Shown: one piece after another, positions 1 to 10,291 of the stretch
Position numbering within the stretch: the stretch's first letter is position 1
How the letters are laid out: the number at the start of each line of letters is the position of its first letter
NCBI GenBank assembly: GCA_963809365.1
Contig: CAWEJR010000023.1
Coordinates: 97,390-161,389, forward strand
Reading direction: 5' to 3'
From: an uncultured delta proteobacterium
Lineage (GTDB): Bacteria; Desulfobacterota; Desulfomonilia; Desulfomonilales; Desulfomonilaceae
Length of the DNA: 64,000 bases
Program-made: the position numbers and the translations under genes
Notes under the pieces: generated by a model
Seen by the model: only the letters and a program-made list of their open reading frames with translations
Told to the model about the DNA's origin: nothing
Databases searched by the model: none

Positions 1-210
1 ATCAAGAATAAACGGCGTGGGAGACTCTGAGGGCACTCAAGCCTGCCATTGCACGCCTCCAAATGGAGGCAGAATAATTGGTTGTCATGATGGCAATTCT
101 CCGGTAAACAATATGCAATAATTCTCGACTGTAAATACGAAGATGAGTTGCTGGCGGTGTGGATCGCAGGTGCCGCGTCCTATCGCTAGCGCCTATGGGG
201 AGGTTACTCC

Positions 211-1140
211 GTGAAGAGGGTCTTTATTGTCTTTCTAGGCATGGTGGTGTTGTGTGGCCTGCCTGTGGGCCCAGTCGCGCAAGGATTTTTCGCAACCGGA
301 ACAGGGGCGACTGTTGGTAACATTCCATTCCCCTATCCCGGCAGCACGCCATGCAGCAACAGCCCGGGGTCTGGTTTACTGAGTATGCCAAGCCTGTACT
401 TTGGCTGGCTCGAACATCCTACGGGCAGTACCTGGGCTCTTCAGCGTCAGGCCTCGACAGGTACAGCGCCGTGGCCGCTGAAAGGCTGGTGGTTGGAGGC
501 AACGAAAGAAGTCGCTCTTGATCAGGGCTTTGGCCTACTTGTCTCAGGAGGAGTCTTTCTCCCCCGGCGCACTTCGGGAACATGGTTCACTTCCCCTCTC
601 ACTAGGTCGTTTGACTTTGAAATCCCGTCGTACGATTGGTGGTTTGTGGATGGTCTTGTAAAAGGGTGCGTCTCCGGTCCACTTGAACTTCTGGCCGGCT
701 TACGATGGGATCATACGAGCACTAGGGTGGACTACAGCGATAATACCAGTGACGATTATATTCTCAATTCATACATGCCTATCATCGGAGCGCAAATTAA
801 TCAGCCGTTTTGCAACGGTTCCATGCTAGTTCGATTCGTGGGCTCGCCGCTGGTTTGGGGCCAGCTAAAATATCATTTTTGGGATCGGCTCGGTTACGCT
901 GAGTTTGGGGATTTCCGTGTCAATTCTAAGAGTTCTTTTGTGGAGATCTTGGCGGACTATCGTTTTAAACTCACTGGTGATCTCCGGGTGGGTGCATTTG
1001 CAAAATGGAACTCGCTGAGGGTAAGAACCGATGATCGAAATCTTTCTGGTTTGACGACGGAGTCCGTCTCGTGGGCGGTTGACATCCGATCGTGGACAAT
1101 TGGTGGAGTGGCTTCGCTAGGTTTTTCGAGTCCATTCTAA
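211..1140 (+). CDS. putative outer-membrane beta-barrel protein (hypothetical)
   Basis: 309-aa ORF with a GTG start just after GGGGAGG. N-terminal hydrophobic signal-like segment (FIVFLGMVVLCGLPVGPVAQG). C-terminus ...LGFSSPF ends in Phe, as in many OMP barrels. Confidence 0.45.
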   Translation: MKRVFIVFLGMVVLCGLPVGPVAQGFFATGTGATVGNIPFPYPGSTPCSNSPGSGLLSMPSLYFGWLEHPTGSTWALQRQASTGTAPWPLKGWWLEATKEVALDQGFGLLVSGGVFLPRRTSGTWFTSPLTRSFDFEIPSYDWWFVDGLVKGCVSGPLELLAGLRWDHTSTRVDYSDNTSDDYILNSYMPIIGAQINQPFCNGSMLVRFVGSPLVWGQLKYHFWDRLGYAEFGDFRVNSKSSFVEILADYRFKLTGDLRVGAFAKWNSLRVRTDDRNLSGLTTESVSWAVDIRSWTIGGVASLGFSSPF

Positions 1141-1315
1141 TCATCTGATTTTCCGACTCGGATTACTTCCCTGCGTCATGGATAGAAAAGGGTTTTGCCT
1201 CTGAACTAGCAGATCCCGCTCGCTGTCGATGTGAACAGCCCGCAAGTGCAACGCACCCTCTGCGCAGGAAAACCGACTTGTGGTTTCGAGCAACCTTGAG
1301 GAGATCAGACCGCGG

Positions 1316-2041
1316 TCAGCGCTTGGTCCTGCCCAGATCAATGCCCGTGAGATTCGTCCCGGCGAGATTGGCGCCCCGTAGGTTTGCCTCAGTGAGATCT
1401 GCGCCGGCCAGGTTCGCTTCAGAGAGGTTCGCGTCCCCCAGATCTGCTCCCGCAAGAGTCGCGCCTGAGAGGTCAGCCATTGTCAGATTTGCCTTGGACA
1501 GATTTGTCACGGTCAATACCGCCCCGGTGAGATTGGCCATAGTGAGGTTCGTCCCGCCTAGATCGGCCCAGAACAGATCCGCGCCAGTGAGGTTCGCCAT
1601 CGTAAGATTGCTTTTTGCCAGATTGGTCTGGGAAAGGTTTGCTCCGCTCAAATTAGCCCCGGTCATATTTGTCCAATAAAGGTCGGCATTCACCAAAGAG
1701 GCTCCGGCCAGATCAGCCAAGACCAGGTCCCCGCCGGTCAAGTTCGCTTCGGTGAGGTCTGCCCTTACTAAACTAGCCCCCGTCAGAATAACGCGAGTCA
1801 AATTCGTGGTAGTGAGATTGGCTTCAGAGAGATCAGCTCTCGTCAGGTTCGCGCCGGACAGATTCGCCCCTGAAAGATCCACCTCGGCCAGTCTGACTCC
1901 GACTAGTTTAGCACCGGCCAAATCCGCACCCGAGAGGCTGGTCCCAGGTTTGATGACGGTACGTAGAAGCGCCTTCAAAGAGTCAGCTTCGCCGCTTAGA
2001 ATTATCTCACGGCTTAAGCGATTCCGTATTTCGATTATCAA
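1316..2041 (-). CDS. pentapeptide-repeat protein
   Basis: 241 aa, almost entirely A(D/N)LxG/ANLxx pentapeptide units (ADLSGANLSGANLTRADLSEANL...). Confidence 0.85.
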   Translation of the reverse strand: MIIEIRNRLSREIILSGEADSLKALLRTVIKPGTSLSGADLAGAKLVGVRLAEVDLSGANLSGANLTRADLSEANLTTTNLTRVILTGASLVRADLTEANLTGGDLVLADLAGASLVNADLYWTNMTGANLSGANLSQTNLAKSNLTMANLTGADLFWADLGGTNLTMANLTGAVLTVTNLSKANLTMADLSGATLAGADLGDANLSEANLAGADLTEANLRGANLAGTNLTGIDLGRTKR

Positions 2042-2198
2042 AGCTGCCTCGCGACCCGTTTCATTCCGGTGACCTCATTCGCAAACAGATGAAATCTAAT
2101 TTTCCCAGAGAAGGGGCCAGGGAGACTTCCCGACCGGGTCCCCACGGCACTTTGGGCCTCGTGGGATGCCGGCTGGAAACTCCACTCCTCGCATAGGA

Positions 2199-3398
2199 TC
2201 AGTTCAGAAGAAACTCTCTCACATGATGGATAACCTTATTCCTTTGAGCGGTGGTCAGACCGGGAAAGACAGGCAAAGCCAGCACTTCTCGCGCGGCCTT
2301 TTCACTCTCCGGCAAACTGCCTTCTCTGTATCCCAGCTCAGCGAAGCAATCCTGCAAATGCAGCGGAACAGGGTAGTAGATGGCAGTATCTATAAGCCGC
2401 GACTTGAGATACTCCTGCAGCGCGTCCCGGCGACTGACTCTAATCACAAATTGATTGAACACATGTCTGTGACTGGGCACATCTGAAGGAAGACGGATCA
2501 ATCCTTTTCTCTCAAGGTCCGAAAACGAGTCAATATACGCGCCGGCGTTATCTCTTCTCTGTTGGTGCCACTCTTCGAGGTGAGACAGTTTCACTCTTAA
2601 GGCTGCAGCCTGAATCGCATCCAGCCGGAAGTTCCCACCTACGAGGGAGTGGTAGTATCTGTGCTCGGCCCCGTGCTCGCGTAGCCTGCACAGCTTTTCT
2701 GAAACTTCCTTGTCCTGGGTCAAGATCAGGCCTCCATCGCCGATCCCCCCGAGATTCTTCGAAGGGAAGAACGAGAGGCAGCCTGTATCTCCCATGGTTC
2801 CGGCCATTTTCTCTTGGTAAGTCGCACCAATAGCCTGGGCCGCGTCTTCCACTACCTTTAGGCCGTGCCGGCTGCAAATTTGCATAATTGCGTCCATGTC
2901 GGCACAGAGACCGAACAGGTGCACAGGAATTACTGCTCTCGTGCGAGAGGTGATCAGCTTGTCGAGCTTTGTTGGATCGAGGTTAAATGTCCGCGGTTCG
3001 ATGTCGCAGAAAACTATTTGCGCGCCCAGTCGGCGAACAGAGCCCGCCGTAGCGAAAAAAGTAAAACTCGGCACGATCACCTGATCACCGGCGCCGATAT
3101 CAAAAGCCATCAAGGACGCGATAATGGCATCAGTGCCGGACGAGACCCCGATGGCATGATGTGAGCCGCAATAAGCAGCGATTTCACGTTCGAAGCTTTC
3201 CAATTCGGGTCCGCCGACGAAGCGATTACTTTCCAGGACTCCGAGGACAGCGTCTCTCAACTCAGCCCCGATGGGTCGATGTATGGGACCGAGATCGAGC
3301 AAGGGGACGACAAGCCCGTCATCCTTTTCAGCGTCAAAAGTTATTCGTTGCAAGTTTGCCCCCTCAGTAGCATTATGCAGACAGCCTCTTGAAGCCAA
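2199..3398 (-). CDS. DegT/DnrJ/EryC1/StrS-family PLP-dependent sugar aminotransferase
   Basis: 399 aa with family-typical blocks: FVGGPELESFEREIAAYCG, HAIGVSSGTDAI, FFPSKNLGGIGDGG. The true start may be internal. Confidence 0.85.
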   Translation of the reverse strand: MASRGCLHNATEGANLQRITFDAEKDDGLVVPLLDLGPIHRPIGAELRDAVLGVLESNRFVGGPELESFEREIAAYCGSHHAIGVSSGTDAIIASLMAFDIGAGDQVIVPSFTFFATAGSVRRLGAQIVFCDIEPRTFNLDPTKLDKLITSRTRAVIPVHLFGLCADMDAIMQICSRHGLKVVEDAAQAIGATYQEKMAGTMGDTGCLSFFPSKNLGGIGDGGLILTQDKEVSEKLCRLREHGAEHRYYHSLVGGNFRLDAIQAAALRVKLSHLEEWHQQRRDNAGAYIDSFSDLERKGLIRLPSDVPSHRHVFNQFVIRVSRRDALQEYLKSRLIDTAIYYPVPLHLQDCFAELGYREGSLPESEKAAREVLALPVFPGLTTAQRNKVIHHVREFLLN

Positions 3399-3562
3399 TC
3401 TTTATGTGTCATACTATAGAAGACTCGCTCTGCTCAAGCCCTTTCGACCGGAATCGGGGGCCAAGGCAGTTGCCGGCGATCCTAGAAGGGGGAAACCTGC
3501 CCTGACACGGACGACTATGCAAACAGGAATGGGCTCAAAGAGCGGTCAATAGGCGAAGGTCC

Positions 3563-3805
3563 ATGGAAGACCCGAAGATCTTTCTTGACCATCTGTTATT
3601 TTCGATCATTTGCATTGGGGCGGGGGCGATAGTCCTCTACGTAATTCTCTACGGCATTGGTGTAGAGTCAGCGATCAGCAATCATCTGCTGGCCACGGGA
3701 CTAGCTTGCTGGGTTCTGTGCCTCGGGTCGGCCCTTTGTTTCACGTATCTGATCATGATGAACCGGGCTAGTCGGCCCATTATCTCCACGCGGCGCCAAT
3801 ATTGA
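3563..3805 (+). CDS. small membrane protein (hypothetical)
   Basis: 80 aa with two clear hydrophobic helices. No recognisable family. Confidence 0.3.
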   Translation: MEDPKIFLDHLLFSIICIGAGAIVLYVILYGIGVESAISNHLLATGLACWVLCLGSALCFTYLIMMNRASRPIISTRRQY

Positions 3806-4003
3806 ACCTGTTATAGGCAGGAGCTGGAGCTAAACAGCAGGGAGCAGCACACAGATTACACGAAGGACAGACAAAACAAGGCCCTCCCACTGTGTGAAAG
3901 GGCCTTCGCAAGTTCTTACATTTGAGTTATGTGACTACCGCTCGGTATTGCAGGTTCGCGTTGCCAGATTAGGCATGAGAACCTCGCTGCAGACCGTCGC
4001 TTA

Positions 4004-4282
4004 TTACTTCTTAAACTTGGCCTTGGCTACCTTCGCGGGCTTGTCGACTTTCGGGCACTTTAGCACGGTCATCCAACTGCCGGACCATTTGATCGTGGGT
4101 GCGCAGGGACCGCAGAGCTTTTCCTTGCCCTTGGCTTTGCCTTTGCAGAGAACCTGGTCAACGCAGGGCGGTTTCTTGACGGTCGGCATTGAGTAGCAGC
4201 CCCAATCGCCCATAGCGAAAACCGACCCGGCAAGGGCCAAAGAACTAACCAGAACGACCAACATAACCAACGACTTCTTCAT
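4004..4282 (-). CDS. small secreted Cys/Lys-rich protein (hypothetical)
   Basis: 92 aa. AAGGAGGG SD upstream of the ATG. Signal peptide MKKSLVMLVVLVSSLALAGSVFA. Six Cys and a Lys-rich tail. Confidence 0.5.
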   Translation of the reverse strand: MKKSLVMLVVLVSSLALAGSVFAMGDWGCYSMPTVKKPPCVDQVLCKGKAKGKEKLCGPCAPTIKWSGSWMTVLKCPKVDKPAKVAKAKFKK

Positions 4283-4790
4283 CCTAAACCCTCCTTAAAT
4301 GAAGCATACTCCAATACAAGAGTTGTTAGACCAAAATTTTAGTCACCGTAGCACGCGTTTACGCGGCTTGTCAAGAAAAATCCCGCCGCCATCGGCAGGC
4401 AACCAAAAAGACCGTTTACCCACCAAAACGCTTGGCCTGGCCCCTTCGATCCGTCCCTGCCGGGCTTCCCTGCCAAACGTGTCTTATCAGGTAATCCAAC
4501 TGCACAACAATTGCAAGAAAAATCGTATCGTCTCGGAAAATAGAATGCGGGTCCGGCTTAGCTGCGCGACCGACGAATTACGCTGATCGCCAAAAAAGTG
4601 TCCGATTGCCTTTGAAGACAGCCGCCGCGTCTCACGAAAATGTGCAAGAAGTAAGCGATTTCCTTGTAACGGGTGCCACTGCCGGCTTGCTCAGCAGTAG
4701 CATCCGACCAATGATCCTGGGCACAGGACGTTACTTTTAGCAATGGATATAACAATTATTTCGTGTGAGCCGCGGGAGCGGAACCAAAGC

Positions 4791-4819
4791 GTAGAGACGA
4801 GTTGCAAACCCGTCTCTAC
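4791..4819 (-). terminator. hairpin downstream of rnj (terminator-like)
   Basis: 9-bp perfect stem GTAGAGACG/CGTCTCTAC with an 11-nt loop, 58 nt after the rnj stop. Weak U tract (GCUUUGG) on the minus strand. Confidence 0.4.
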
Positions 4820-4876
4820 TTCACGTGACGGGCGCGCAGACGTTCGCCTACAAGGCTCGGGAAATTACGATGGGAA

Positions 4877-6547
4877 TCAAACCTTGAGGACAATGGTCTG
4901 GACCAGGGGTTTGCGGCCCAGGATTCGATTGATGTGCCTGCGGACCGCGAGTCGGATCGGTTCTTTGGAGTTGTCCCACTCTTCCGGAGTGCCGGGATCC
5001 AGTTCCGCTAATCGCTCTTCGATCGAGATGCGGACCCCTTCCAGCAATTCCGGTTCCACTTCATCAAAGGTAACGCCTCGTGAATGGACCTCCGGGCCCG
5101 CGATCACTCTACCAGTCTCTCTATTAATCACTAAGACCACGGTAACTAAGCCCACTTCGGAAAGCGTCCGCCTGTCGCGGAGAACATCGTGGCCTATGTC
5201 TCCGACGCCTTTCCCGTGCACAAAGACCCGACCAACTTCGAGTTGCTCGATCACTCGGGCCCCTTCGGGGGTGATCTCTACGAGGTCTCCATCCTGTGCT
5301 ACGAGAACCCTGTCAGCAGGAATACCTTCTTCTATTGCGATATGTGCGTGTCGCAACAGATGTCTATACTCTCCATGAATGGGTATGAAACACTTTGGAT
5401 GAACCAGGCGTATTAGGTATCGCAGTTCTTCCTCACTGGCATGCCCGGAGACATGGACGTCGGATACCTTCTCATACATCACGCGGGCGCCACGCCTGGA
5501 AAACTCGTTGATTATGTGCGTGATGGCCCTTTCATTGCCCGGAATGAACTTTGACGAAAGAACCACAACGTCTCCGGGCTTAACTTTCAGGAACTTGTGC
5601 CGGTCCAAGGCCATGAGAGAAAGTGCGGACATGGGCTCTCCCTGAGAGCCTGTGGAGAGTACCGTCACTTTCTCATCCGGTAAGCTCTCCACGTCCTTCA
5701 TGTCCACCAATATGCCGTCAGGAATGTCAAGGTATCCCCTGTCGGCCGCAATCTTGGCGTTGGACGCCATGGACCGCCCTACAAGAACAACCTTGCGACC
5801 GAATTCCTGTGCCAGATGGAGCACCTGTTGAACCCGGTGGATGTTTGAGGAGAAGGTAGCAATGAGGATGCGTCCTGCCGCCTCCCTGAAAATGATCTCG
5901 AAGGCGGGACGGATCATGCTTTCTGAGAGCGTGCTCCCTGTCTTTTCCACATTGGTGCTGTCCGAGAACAGCGCCAGCACTTCATTGCGCGCATATCCGG
6001 CGATCTTCTCCAGATCGCATAGGCGTCCGTCTATCGGAGTGGGGTCCAGTTTGAAATCGCCGGAATGAAGGATCACTCCCGCAGGTGTCTTGATGGCCAA
6101 GCCCACACCGTCGGCCACGGAGTGGCACATGGCGAAGAAACCTATCTCGAAAGGACCCAGTTGAACGATGCTGTCCGTGGAGACTACGTTTCTGACGCTG
6201 CTACCCATAAGGCCGAATTCTTCCAGTTTGTTCTCAATCAGCCCCATAGTGAGTCCCGTTGCATAAATAGGAGCGGGGATTTTCTTGAGAACGTAAGGGA
6301 GCGCGCCTATGTGGTCTTCATGACCGTGAGTGAGGACGATCCCCAGGACGTTCCAATCCTGCCGGATTACGACTTCCAGGTCGGGTATGACGATATCCAC
6401 CCCGGGCATGGACTCGTCCGGGAACATAAGCCCTGTGTCAATGATGAAGGCATCTTTGCCGAGAGCTACGATCATCATATTCAGACCGATTTCTCCCAGT
6501 CCCCCCAATGGAAGCACTCTCAGTTTTGGTGTCGGATCATCGCTCAT
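4877..6547 (-). CDS. rnj: ribonuclease J
   Basis: 556 aa. Metallo-beta-lactamase motif THGHEDHIG, beta-CASP architecture, and a typical RNase J N-terminus (LRVLPLGGLGEIGLNM). Confidence 0.9.
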   Translation of the reverse strand: MSDDPTPKLRVLPLGGLGEIGLNMMIVALGKDAFIIDTGLMFPDESMPGVDIVIPDLEVVIRQDWNVLGIVLTHGHEDHIGALPYVLKKIPAPIYATGLTMGLIENKLEEFGLMGSSVRNVVSTDSIVQLGPFEIGFFAMCHSVADGVGLAIKTPAGVILHSGDFKLDPTPIDGRLCDLEKIAGYARNEVLALFSDSTNVEKTGSTLSESMIRPAFEIIFREAAGRILIATFSSNIHRVQQVLHLAQEFGRKVVLVGRSMASNAKIAADRGYLDIPDGILVDMKDVESLPDEKVTVLSTGSQGEPMSALSLMALDRHKFLKVKPGDVVVLSSKFIPGNERAITHIINEFSRRGARVMYEKVSDVHVSGHASEEELRYLIRLVHPKCFIPIHGEYRHLLRHAHIAIEEGIPADRVLVAQDGDLVEITPEGARVIEQLEVGRVFVHGKGVGDIGHDVLRDRRTLSEVGLVTVVLVINRETGRVIAGPEVHSRGVTFDEVEPELLEGVRISIEERLAELDPGTPEEWDNSKEPIRLAVRRHINRILGRKPLVQTIVLKV

Positions 6548-6863
6548 AAGGACCTTGTTGGATGTAATATCAATTAGCCATAGATCAAGTAAGGTTTTCG
6601 GGATGCCTCCTCCGCTACGAACGGCACAGCCTGACTGCGCTTCGGAGGCACCGAGGGAACGCGGCTGAGTTCCACCTTTTCCGGCAAAACCGTATAATAC
6701 AGATCTGCAGGGACTCCCTCAAGCCAGAAGAGCGATTATCTTTGAAAAGAGGGGTCGCCGGCTTAGTGAAAGCTGCTCTCTCCGGCTGCTACAGCAGCCC
6801 TAAAACGACTCTGCCGCTGAAAAAAAAGACAGCTATCTCAAGGAAAAGTTGCCCGGGCAAATC

Positions 6864-7940
6864 TTACCGGAGACTTGAATCAGCCTCCAGGTTGCGGACC
6901 ACCATGTCTCCCACCTCGGAGGTGGAGTAACCCATACTGCCAGCTCCCAAGCTTTTGAGATTGGGAAGGGTTTTTACTACAGCGTCCTCGATGGCCTTCG
7001 CCGCGGCGGATTGGCCTAGCGTCTCGAGCATCAGGGCTCCGGCGAGTATGCCGGCCAAGGGGTTTATCACGTTCTTGCCCGTATACTTGGGAGCTGACCC
7101 GCCAATGGGCTCGAACATGGAAACACCTTGCGGATTGACATTCCCACCGGCGGCTATACCCATGCCGCCCTGTATCATTGCCCCAAGATCGCTAATGATG
7201 TCTCCGAACATGTTGTCCGTGGCGATCACGTCGAACCACTCCGGGTTTTTTACCATCCACATACATATTGCGTCTACATGGGCATAGTCTGTGGTCACGT
7301 CGGGATACTCTTCAGAGACCTCCTTAAAGACCCTCATCCACAGATCCCAAGCATAGGTGAGTACGTTGGTCTTGCCGCACAGGGTCAGCTTTTTCTTCTT
7401 CCCCCTGGCTCGCGTTGTCTCGAAGGAATAACGGAGCAGACGCTCAATACCTTTACGAGTGTTTATAGACTCTTGGATAGCCACTTCATCAGGAGTTCCC
7501 CATTTGAAGAAGCCGCCGGAACCTACGTAGAATCCTTCAGTATTCTCTCGGACTACAAGGAAGTCGATTTGATCGGGTCCTTTGTCTCTGAGCGGGGTCT
7601 CCACATAAGGATAGAGTTTGACAGGTCTGAGGTTCACGTACTGGTCCAACTCGAAGCGAAGCCTGAGCAGAATCCCCTTTTCAAGAATGCCGGGCGGTAC
7701 GTCAGGGTGTCCTATAGCCCCAAGGTAGATGGCATCCACTTTCTTCAGGTCTTCCAGGACGGAAGTTGGAAGAGTTTCCCCTGTTTCGAGGTACCTCCGA
7801 CCGCCAAGGTCGAAATCAACGAAATCCGCCTTGAACCCGTGAACGGATGAAGCCGCAGCGAGGACCTTCTTCCCCTCTCGCACCACTTCGGGCCCCGTTC
7901 CATCTCCTGGAATGACGCCAATGGAAAACGAATCCGACAT
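6864..7940 (-). CDS. isocitrate/isopropylmalate dehydrogenase-family enzyme (3-isopropylmalate / tartrate / D-malate dehydrogenase-like)
   Basis: 358 aa with IGVIPGDGTGPEV, DQYVNLRPV, VVRENTEGFY and NMFGDIISDLGA motifs. The exact substrate cannot be assigned by eye. Confidence 0.8.
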   Translation of the reverse strand: MSDSFSIGVIPGDGTGPEVVREGKKVLAAASSVHGFKADFVDFDLGGRRYLETGETLPTSVLEDLKKVDAIYLGAIGHPDVPPGILEKGILLRLRFELDQYVNLRPVKLYPYVETPLRDKGPDQIDFLVVRENTEGFYVGSGGFFKWGTPDEVAIQESINTRKGIERLLRYSFETTRARGKKKKLTLCGKTNVLTYAWDLWMRVFKEVSEEYPDVTTDYAHVDAICMWMVKNPEWFDVIATDNMFGDIISDLGAMIQGGMGIAAGGNVNPQGVSMFEPIGGSAPKYTGKNVINPLAGILAGALMLETLGQSAAAKAIEDAVVKTLPNLKSLGAGSMGYSTSEVGDMVVRNLEADSSLR

Positions 7941-8695
7941 TACTAACCTTCTTTCTAGTCAGCCGCAGCCGATGGCATGGCCGAGACTCAGAAAATGGTT
8001 TCTGCAACACCCGGGCGGCGGAGTGCGTGCCTGTCATTGAATTCAGGTACTGCCCTTCAACCTTCCGGGAGCGCGTATGGAGAATGATACATTAAGAAAA
8101 AATGGATCACAACTTGGGTCTGGTCTCCCGATAGGCACGCGCGTTTCCTTGTGTCGCGGCCGGATCTGCGAGTGATTGGGTAGTTTGGATACCCAAAACA
8201 TATGTAACTTTATAAGTTGACAATGTCCCGCCATGACCTATTCTGTCACTAACCGGGAATGGTATCGTGAGGTTCCGGGAGTCATCTTTCACCCCCTACG
8301 TCTTTTTTAGTTCGTAGGGGTTGACTTTTGTACGGACCAGAGATATTTTTAGAGACGAAAGGCCGTCTTCCATTTGTATCATGACTCCCCCCCCTTGATA
8401 CCTTACCGGAGACGGTCTTCATTTTTCTGGGGCTTGAATACTGGGGTTTTCCGGTGAGAGAGGCAATTGTTGCTGGTCAGAGTTGTTTCAGGAATCTCCC
8501 TTTGTCGTTTTTCCATTCCATACGCGCTGGTTCATCCGCCAATATCCTATTGAACCAAAAGTCACTTTCTCAGCGTAACAGCAGTCCCACGACAATGGGC
8601 TGGGTCTTTGAACCCCTTCGCCCCACGGAGCGCCTTGGTTCTCCCAGTCCGACTGTCAGGGTCACGGGGCTGATTTTCCCTGGAGACGCCTGAAA

Positions 8696-9607
8696 ATGTC
8701 GACGCGCAGACTCCCCCATTGGATTCACACAACGTTGCCCACTGCAGTCGCTGTTGCCGAGATGCGCGGTAAAGCGTACGGAAAGGGCCTTCACACCGTT
8801 TGCAGAGAGGCCCGATGTCCCAACCAGGGGGAATGTTCTGCCAGGGGCGCCGCGACGTTCCTTATACTCGGTGACAAATGCACTCGAAACTGTAGTTTTT
8901 GCGCCGTGGCACACGGGAAGCCAGTCGCTCTTGATGACGGTGAAGCCGATCTTGTGGCCGAGTCGGTCGCGGCCCTCCATCTGCGCCACGTGGTGATTAC
9001 CTCGGTGACAAGGGACGATCTCTCCGACGGCGGCGCGTCGGCATTTTCACAAACCGTGCGCGCCATCCGGAAATTCTCGAATCGCACCACCATTGAAGTG
9101 CTGATTCCCGACTTTCAAGGTTCAGCAGACGCCCTGCGGACAGTTATCGCTTCCAGGCCGGACGTCATAGGGCACAATCTGGAGACGGTCCCGCGCCTCT
9201 ACCCGGAGTTGCGGCACGGGTCCTTGTACCCGCGGTCCCTGGAGCTGTTGAGGCGCGTCGGCGAGTGGGGCGGAGACATAGTGACAAAATCGGGCATTAT
9301 GGTTGGTGTAGGCGAAACCCGAGAAGAAATAATGCACGTAGTGAGGGATTTGGTCGAAGTGCAATGCGCGGTGCTGACAATCGGGCAATACCTTCAGCCA
9401 ACACATCGTCATCATGCGGTCCAACGATTTGTTCCGCCACAAGAGTTTGAAGACCTGAAAGAGATGACAGTGGCCGCGGGAATGAAGGAAGTGATGTCCG
9501 GGCCTTTAGTAAGGAGTTCATTCAGGGCGGGCCAGATTGTTGAGAAGCTCAGGTCGTCGTCGGCCCTTCATCGAGACCGCGGTTCTGAAATCCGCGGCCT
9601 AGAGTAA
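8696..9607 (+). CDS. lipA: lipoyl synthase
   Basis: 303 aa. Auxiliary cluster motif CREARCPNQGEC and radical-SAM motif CTRNCSFCAV. Confidence 0.9.
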   Translation: MSTRRLPHWIHTTLPTAVAVAEMRGKAYGKGLHTVCREARCPNQGECSARGAATFLILGDKCTRNCSFCAVAHGKPVALDDGEADLVAESVAALHLRHVVITSVTRDDLSDGGASAFSQTVRAIRKFSNRTTIEVLIPDFQGSADALRTVIASRPDVIGHNLETVPRLYPELRHGSLYPRSLELLRRVGEWGGDIVTKSGIMVGVGETREEIMHVVRDLVEVQCAVLTIGQYLQPTHRHHAVQRFVPPQEFEDLKEMTVAAGMKEVMSGPLVRSSFRAGQIVEKLRSSSALHRDRGSEIRGLE

Positions 9608-9752
9608 GCTGGGTTTGGATGCCTTGTTGGGATTCTCAGTTGACGCTGACGACCGACGGATAGCTGATTTCTTCGCGCTGTTCGTGCCGTCTGGCACCAG
9701 CGACCAGGGGCTTGCAGTGATGCGAACCTCTGTCGCGTTGTGACGGCAACTG

Positions 9753-9929
9753 TTATTGGCCGGCGGTGCGGAGAGCTTCGCGGATTTTCAGCCCCAATTC
9801 AGTGGCCAGGTCCGAATCCGACTCTTTGAGTACCGCGGCTATTTCACTCCATTCGTCCTCATCCCCCGTGAAGGAGATCTCAATTATTTCATCGCGGGCC
9901 CCACTTATAAGAGCTTCAGTGAGTTCCAT
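9753..9929 (-). CDS. small acidic protein (hypothetical)
   Basis: Trimmed to the internal ATG at 9929, which is preceded by AAGGAGG. 58 aa: MELTEALISGARDEIIEISFTGDEDEW... Confidence 0.4.
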   Translation of the reverse strand: MELTEALISGARDEIIEISFTGDEDEWSEIAAVLKESDSDLATELGLKIREALRTAGQ

Positions 9930-10291
9930 CCTCAACCTCCTTAGCCCTGTGGCCTGTGCGCGTTCGTGACCCCGTCTCTTGATGCTGCCCTGCACCGCAA
10001 CGGGCAGCCGGAACAATTCTGAGGTCCAATCTTTCATCCGCCCGGGGCAGCCCGCTTGTCAAGCCTCTCCAAAAATCCTATTAGAAGGATTTTGAAAACG
10101 CAACAATCTTATGAAGACATTTTGGGAAACAGCCTATTGCTTCAGTACGGGCAGGAGATTCTTAAACCAGGGACGAGAACCAGACTCGTGTACCAGCGCG
10201 CCGGTACTGGGGATGGCGGAGCCTCCTCTGGGCACCCCGTCGGTGCAAGAAGTACCGGCACATTTATTTTTCTGATGGGGAGTGTTATCTA

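Noticed and set aside
1278-2072. ORFs 1278-1679 and 1752-2072 (+), with repetitive RFA/SAP-rich products.
   Set aside because: They are mirror-strand readings of the pentapeptide-repeat gene (1316-2041, minus strand). The periodic DNA keeps several frames open.
4743-6668. Several plus-strand ORFs of 75-211 aa.
   Set aside because: All are antisense to rnj. They are Ser/Arg/Pro-rich, as is typical of wrong-strand readings of GC-rich genes.
9690-9720. TGGCAC...CTTGCA, considered as a sigma-54 promoter downstream of lipA.
   Set aside because: The spacing between the GG and GC elements is about 13 nt instead of the required 4-5 nt between TGGCAC and TTGC.
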